Shown here: piece by piece, positions 56,719-64,000 of the stretch | Layout of the letters: each line of letters starts with the position of its first letter | Position numbering within the stretch: position 1 is the first letter of the stretch | Assembly (NCBI GenBank): GCA_964016885.1 | Contig: OZ024740.1 | Coordinates: 128,278,001 to 128,342,000 of the forward strand | DNA: 64,000 nucleotides | Source of the DNA: Eledone cirrhosa | Taxonomy: Eukaryota | Reading direction: 5' to 3' | Notes under the pieces: model-generated | The model's database searches: none | Seen by the model: only the letters and a program-made list of their open reading frames with translations | Told to the model about the DNA's origin: nothing | Program-made: the position numbers and the translations under genes

Positions 56719-57310
56719 CATCATCATCCGGCAGCCTTAGCCGAAATGGACTCAACAATTGATCTCCACGTTGGTCTGTCATTCATTGCCGTTGTCAAGT
56801 CCTGGATCTCAATAGCAGAATCTCTCGAGATGACATCAGGATAGGAGAGCTTGTGCCCCCTGTTATTAGTGACTGCTTGTGGTTTCCAAAGCACTAATGG
56901 CGACACAGACGCATGGGTGGCACGATGGGAGTAGCCAGCAAATCTTACTCTCATTTTACATACAACGACAGATATGCATGGGAGGCCAGCAGATATCTCT
57001 CTCAAAGTCAGATGTCGCCAGCTTATGTTTTGAATGCATTGAAGCAGGCGACGGTAAGTGTCATCAAGGTGCTTTTATTGTTCATTCCTCTTTATCATTG
57101 CACTAGACTACGCGCTGAGAGTCTCAAATGACAAAATCAATAACAAAGGTATAACCATCAAACCAGCCATTAGATCTAGGCACCCCTCTAAACATCTCAC
57201 TTCTTGCAAATTGCCTAGAAAATGCACAAAAACTGTTGACATCTCTCCAGGAAGCAGCTGCCCTCATTGGCCTTTATCTATACAACATCTATAAAACAGA
57301 GTACATATCA
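56719..57310. mobile_element. RTE-like LINE with its 3' end on - (56719-57010) and an RT segment on + (57050-57310)
   Basis: -: RVRFAGYSHR..LVLWKP..LSYPDVISRD plus (GAT)n tail. +: LFIIALDYALR..GITIKPAIRSRHPSKHLT. Confidence 0.75.
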
Positions 57311-57364
57311 AACTGTAAGGCAACAGCATCAAAGCAATCAACAGCAGTGATATCAAGCATATAT

Positions 57365-57570
57365 ATATCATCATCATTATCATTTTACATCTGCTTTTCC
57401 CTGCTTGCAAGGGTTGGACGGGTCCTATTCAGCACAGCATCTCTCCACTTATCACAGTCCTTCGTCATCTCCTCCGTGAGTTTCAATCTGAGGTCTGCTC
57501 TCACCACCTCCGCCCATATTTTTCGTGGTCTACCTCTACTGCGTCTTCCTTCCACTGGGATTTCTTTACC
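57365..57570 (-). mobile_element. RTE-type LINE 3' terminal fragment
   Basis: Reverse complement of 38810-39006. Confidence 0.88.
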
Positions 57571-57859
57571 CAGCGGTCATATATATATATATAACGAAAT
57601 TAGAATTTCATGTTTTGCTCTATAACAGCTGTTACATAAATGCATTTATGAGTTTTATATCAAATAATAATAATATTTGATTTGTTTGCAAGGAAACAGC
57701 CTCATCACAATATGTTTTTTAGGTGTCCATTGCATCCTTTTGGTCTAGCAGTGACAGAACAAAAGGATCATCAAAGAGTCACTCCAGGTAGAGCTGTTAC
57801 TTATTTGAATTGAGAGATCACAGCTCCGATACTGTTGGTCGGTATGTGGTTAGAATGTC

Positions 57860-58090
57860 TTAGGAAAGAATTGCTGGACAGATTTTACAGGCAAAACCAA
57901 CCAGCATGAGACCCACTGGTAGACTCTGAGCAAGATGGTTGGATAACATCCATGAGCTTGGTTGACACGCTTGTGGATCCAGCCAGATCAAGTGGAGATG
58001 GTTGCTTCTGACAGGGCCCACTGGAAGAAGTGTTTGCAGACTCTTCCCCCACGACCCTCTCAGGAATAAGTGGGTGAAGAAGAAGATCAC
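57860..58090 (+). mobile_element. RTE-type LINE 3' end with short (GAA)n tail
   Basis: ERIAGQILQAKPTSMRPTGR..RWLDNI; matches 12610-12780(-). Confidence 0.65.
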
Positions 58091-61000
58091 AAACACTAGA
58101 GAGGTTGACATACCATGGCTTGACTGAAGGGGCCTCTAGACCTTCCCCACTTTTTATCATGGAAGAAAACAGGAGGTGTAATGATAGAGAGAATAGCTAA
58201 GGAGTGATAGTGGAGGGGGCATAGGTGGGGTACATAGAGTATTTAAAGGATTTAGAGGAGGAAAGAACAGCAGCAAAGGGATGAATATATATGTGTGTTT
58301 GAGTATGTCACTGCAGATGTTTTTGTAGTTTAGCACCAGGTCAGTCATGCTGAAGAATACCTACCAAGTGTATTTTATCTGTAACCATATTATTTTTTTT
58401 GCTATATCAAGTACTTAATTGCCTATTGTGTTGTTTTCAAGGACTGAACATGGTGGGTGGAGAGAGATGTTTCTATTTCTAACATATTGAGTGACTACAT
58501 AAAGATATCCTTGTTGTCTTGTGTTATTGAATGGAGTGGCTGTAATTTTGAGGATTTATTGGTGAAGTGCTTCACTGACATATTGCTTGTAAGAAGAATA
58601 TTGTTTTCACTGAAAAAACCTAACTACTTAACAGATCTAAAATTACAATGTTTCCTTACAACATTTGGACCTTTGCCATGAGATGTCACCTAATTCTCAA
58701 GTGACATATTTCAGCAGTGTCCAGATTATTGTAAAGCAAAAATTTTGTGTTTGCATTTTTTATTATTTTTTAAGGGTTTTCTTTACATACAATGTGCATT
58801 ATCTTGAATAAAAATATGAACCATGTTGAAATGAACTGTAATAAAACTTCCTGGTTTTTGTTAAATACATATCTTCTTTATATATCCCAATCCTTAAAAT
58901 AGAACAATGTATGGGTTAGAATCTACTCTGAAACCTGATACCATATCTAGTGTGTTCATGATGTATAATATAGTATATAATTCTTTTATGTTGCTATTAC
59001 ATTTGAATAGGTTCTGTTACTTTATTTGCACACATATACTACAATAAGAAAAATAACTGCAAAGCTTTGGACTTCATTAATTCAATTTATGAAAAAGAAA
59101 CCTGAAAAATATCCCAGTAATAAAAAAAACATACCTAACAATCAATTGTTATGATATTAAAAAGTATAGGTAAAACCATTAATACTGGCCTAATCCCCCC
59201 AAAAATGTATATATATTCAGATACATTTCAAGTATCGGTCGTTTCACAACGAAACAATTTCATAAAATATTTACAATATTTTATAATTTTTGCAGATTAG
59301 ATTATTTCCCTAAATCTTTGCCACTAGCATTAGGTGGAGTCAGTAGGCAGGGAATGTGTTGTTTATAGAGCCAATCCTAATTGAAAATTTCATAAAACCT
59401 CCAGTCACTGGTTAAGTCTATAGGCATATATAAATATTAAAATATTTTTTTACTAGTAAAACATCTCTCAGAATTATTGTAGAAAGCCATCTATGTCTTA
59501 CTAACATGGAATATACATTTAAAATATTTGTATTTTTAAATATATCATTAGGAAAGCATATTTTTCCCAAACTTTTATATATTGACATAAATTCAACTTT
59601 ATACTAAAACATTGATTTACAAGAGTAAATTTGAATTTGCAGGTTCTATTTTAAAGTTTGACATTTTACTGACTGATATGACTCTGGCATCTTTCAGATA
59701 AGCTACTACATTTACAAGCTCGTGACAGATATGAAAGATCTTTCTGTAAGAAATTACAGGCAAGATTCAACCACTGTTATTAAATCTTTGGTCTGATCAC
59801 TACCTTGAAATTTTTAGATTGTTAGAAGGCTTTCCAAGATGATTGATCACGTTGTTTAATATATAGTATATATGCATGTATACATACATACACAAAGACA
59901 CACACATAACTACTTCACATATAATCAATCATATTCATAAGATTTTAGATATAATAACTTAATATGTATTCGTGTGTGTTGTTTCATATACACATTTCTC
60001 TCCCGCTCCCCCCCTCTTCCATCTATCTTTCTCCCTCTATCTTTCTCTCACGCACACATATATATAAGTTTATACCAACTAACATATATGTTTCAATAAA
60101 TTTTTAGATATTCCATTCTGTTTATCTACCCTATTAATTCATCCACATATAAAATTTCCTTTCTTTATATATTTCTAATACAGTAAAACACAAAATGGAT
60201 CAGCTAAAATTCTGAAATTAATTTATATCATATATTTCCATTCTATGCTTTTCTTCTCACACAGTTACTTCAAATTTACCTAGATGGTATTTTTCGTGAC
60301 TGCATCCTTACTATATTTTGCTTTACTAATCTTAAGATTAATATGCTCGTGTTACTACCATTTATGGTAGAAATTTTTGTTTCCATTTCTGCTTCCGTTT
60401 TATAAAATTCTATATGTTTCTATCTCTGTCAGTTACAAAACTACTAAATCTCCCTTAAATATTCCTAAAACCATATGCTACCACTCCAAAGTAGAGAAAA
60501 ATCATAATGAATAATGCGATCCTAATACATATATCTATGAAAAACATATGAGATGGTCATGGATGGAATGATTTTCATCATTAAACTACTTGATCATTTT
60601 TGACATGAAGCTAAACAAGAATAGCAATAAATTACATTCTATGTAGTCTACTCTGCATATAAACGTTTCTTTGCTTTTTATACCGATTCAATTCTAAACC
60701 TAAATACATAACCTATTTGTTGCCACATCATAACAGCATTGCTTCAACTTGTTCCCATGTCTTTTACATTCTTTCTCATAAAAGATTTGTATTAGCTCTT
60801 GGAAATCCTAAACTTGATGAACAAAGGGCACTACAGAGTGTCATGCAGATATTTCATGATCCTAACAGACAGAATGGTTAATGTGCTATCCAAGAATATG
60901 GCAAAGAAGATGCATTGACAGAACCAGTTCACTTTGTAGGGCTTGTTCTTGTGGATAGCAATTTCCATTCTGATTAAAGTGAGAGGTGTGGTAGTTCTGG

Positions 61001-61425
61001 AGCCAAGGATGCAAGATATTTCCACTGCTAAGTTTTTGACAAGAAAGCTACCACAAAGTAGACAGAACTTTCTCAGCTTCTTGTCTTCAACATGCTGCCA
61101 CACATACTAGGAGTAGGAGCAACCCACAAATCACCCTCAAGATATGCTCTATTATCTTAGGACTTAATGGACGATGTAGTCCATGATTTAAAAACAGCAA
61201 GGGAGGGTTATAACTGGGACACACCTATCCCTTGTGTCATCTCCTATTTATACTGTCTCTCTGCCGCTGGATATTCAGTTTTATCTAATTAAACTATGAG
61301 TACATAGTTGAACATCCAGTGTAAAATGACTCACCATTTAGACATAATATAGAATATTCAAACACTACATTGTTAATGCCTAATCATTCTCACATCCATC
61401 AACATTATATATATTCTCATGCACT

Positions 61426-61512
<87 letters not shown>

Positions 61513-61636
61513 TTATCATCATCATCACTCTAAGGAAGGCAGGCTGCATCTAGGTCATGACTCCTGTGTTCCCTTCCACTAGCATGGAAAAATGGATATT
61601 AAATGGTGATGAGAGTATATATATATATATATGTAT

Positions 61637-63093
61637 ATAAAGTAAAAGTTGGTGTTCATCAGGGCTCCGTTCTTAGCCTCCTACTATTTATTATTGCCCT
61701 TCAGGCTATAACAGTGGAGTTCAAGACCGGTTGCCCATGGGAACTCCTATACGCAGATGATCTAATGCTCATAGCTGAATCAATGGCCAAACTAGAGAAA
61801 AAATTCCAAACGTGCAAGCATGGCCTAGAATCAAAAGGCCTTAAAATTAACCTGTCTAAGACTAAAGTTTTAGTTTGTAGGAAGGAAAATAGGGCGCCGG
61901 TCCCATCCGGGAAATGGCCATGCTCAGTGTGTAGGAAAGGAGTAGGTAGAAACTCCATTTTATGTCCCAAATGCAAAGTATGGGTGCATAAAAGATGTAG
62001 TGGGATCACAGGTAAGCTAACTAAGAACATAGATTTTATATGTGGCCGGTGCTCTGGTGCAATAAGTAGCAGCAAGTGCCCACAGAATACTAGCTCTTTG
62101 AATTGCACAGATGGTTCTATAGAAATAGTGGACAGCTTTCATTACCTGGGTGACAAAATCAGCAGTGGTGGAGGGTGCTCTGAAAGTACAGTAGCTAGAG
62201 TCAGAACTGGATGGAAAAAGTTCAGAGAGCTAATACCACTATTAGCCGCTAAAGAGTTCTCCCTAAAAATGAAAGGCAGGCTGTATGATGCCTGCATATG
62301 AACAGCAATGTTGCATGGCAGTGAGACCTGGGCATTGTGTGCAGAGGATATACGCAGACTAGAGAGGAACGAAGCTTGCATGCTCCGCTGGATGTGTAAT
62401 AGTAATATACGTGAACAGCAAAGCATAAACGAACTAAGGGAAAAATTAGAAATAAGAGGGATCAGATGTTGTTTACTCGAGAGAAGGCTACGCTGGTATG
62501 GTCACGTGATGCGCATGAAAGACGACAGCTGTATAAAAAAGTGCAGGGCAATAAAAATAGACGGTAGCCACGGAGTAGGCAGACCCAGAAAAACCTTGAT
62601 AAATTCCGACCTCACACACTTACACCTCCCCAAGACAATGTCACTGGACCGAGATCTTTGGCGCTACACAGTAATAGAGAAGACCTGCCTTACCTAAATA
62701 CAAAGTAAAACCTACTACAGTCAGTAGGCATCTCTAACAAAATACACCCCCGTCCCACTACCCCCACCCCATCCACACCACCCCTTTCAATGTAAAGTTA
62801 TGTTGGTACCACAACATCCAGGCCGAAACAAATGAGGTCGTGTAGGTGTCACGACAAAAAAACATTCACAGTCCATGCTGTAATGTGGCCGTGTAGGTAA
62901 CATGGTAAAAACCTCCCAGTTCCACACTGTAAATGTGGTTGGTGTTAGGAAGGGCATCCAGCCATAGAAAACCCGCCAGACAGTCCTATGCGAGCAAGAC
63001 AACCACTCTTGTCTCAAGTGGGAAAACTCCCTTCCAAACCCATGCAAGCGTGGAATATGGGCGTTAAACGATGATGATGATGATGATGATGAT
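61637..63093 (+). mobile_element. 5'-truncated RTE-type LINE, relatively intact, close relative of 49030-50482
   Basis: GVHQGSVLS, LLYADDL, PHD-like finger, FHYLGD, LHGSETW, RLRWYGHV, 3' UTR and (GAT)n. Confidence 0.95.
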
Positions 63094-63229
63094 AAACAAG
63101 AAGTGTAAGTCAAAAGGTTAAGCTTAACTTTGTTTATTTATATTTGCTGTTATATATATTTTGGTGATAATCCTTATTGCGTGAAAAACTGGACATAAAA
63201 TGGGTAATATAATGATGATGATGATGATC

Positions 63230-64000
63230 ATCATCATCATATTATGTCCGCTTTTCCCTGTTTGATGGGGCGGGATGGGTCTTATTCAGCACAGCATCTC
63301 TCCACCTGTCACGGTCCTTCGTCATCTCTATCGTGAGCTTCAGCAATCTGAGGTCTGTTCTCATCATCTCCGCCCATGTTTTTCGTGGTCTACCTCTACC
63401 ACGTCTTCCTTCAACTGGCATTTCCTGGCACTTCTTTACCCATCGGTCATCCTCCATGTACATCACATGTCCATACCACCTCAGTCTCCTCTCCCGCACA
63501 CTACATTCTATCCCTCTGACACAGTTTCTCTCTCAACACATTCATACTGGGACGTTCACGCACATTGACATTGCATATCCAACGAAGCATGCTTGCCTCA
63601 TTTCTCTCCAGCCGTCGCATATTCTCTGCAGTTGTCTCACTACCATGCAGCATTGCGCTCCTCACACAGGCATCATATAACTGGCCTTTCGTACGCAGGG
63701 AGAAACCCTTCTTCGTCAGCAGAGCAAGCAGCTCCCTAAACTTCTTCCAACCTGTCCTTATTCTAGATACTATGGCCTCGGACCCCCCCCCCCCTCCCAT
63801 GCTAATCTGATCTCCTAGGTACCGGAACTTATCCACCACTTCTATAGCACCCGCCTGCATTTGAAAAATGTTTCTATCAATGCGTCTTCTACTGTCTAAT
63901 TTCCCTGTACATCTACTGCATACGTATTTCTCCCTACCTGTTAGTTTGCCTGCTATCCCATTACATCTCTTGTGTACCCAGGATCTGCATTGTGTGCATT
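63230..64000 (-). mobile_element. RTE-type LINE 3' part, running off the window edge
   Basis: VDKFRYLGDQI..GWKKFRELL..RLRWYGHV..GRPRKTW; tail-to-tail with the previous copy. Confidence 0.93.

Noticed and set aside
59698-59750. Possible small plus-strand exon (TTTCAG|..SYYIYKLVTDMKDLS|GTAAG); similar candidate at 55893-55946 on -
   Set aside because: Splice-like signals occur often by chance in AT-rich DNA, and there is no recognisable protein similarity or partner exon.

Overview
AT-rich, microsatellite-saturated eukaryotic DNA. The repeat content suggests a cephalopod (Octopus-like) genome; this is inferred, not checked. I can identify no intact host gene, only one candidate terminal exon. 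Most ORF-track entries (IYIY.., CVCV.., LSLS..) are translations of (TA)n, (CA)n and (GA)n tracts. The window holds decayed retroelements: many RTE-type LINE copies with (GAT)n tails and a PHD-type zinc finger behind the RT core, one R4/Dong-like REL-endonuclease element, CR1-like 3' ends, about 15 copies of one tRNA-derived SINE, and two Penelope-like elements (PLEs; RT plus GIY-YIG) with inverted pseudo-LTRs. The most notable signal is a set of minimal type-I hammerhead ribozyme (HHR) folds from at least six unrelated sequence families, all in or next to (TA)n or other dinucleotide tracts. Four sit in protein-free 150-350 bp palindromes. Each palindrome carries two head-to-head hammerheads, one per strand, plus a one-sided terminal tail. 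One palindrome is a miniature of the coding PLE at 51-53.7 kb. All coordinates and pairings were read by eye; ribozyme activity is untested.
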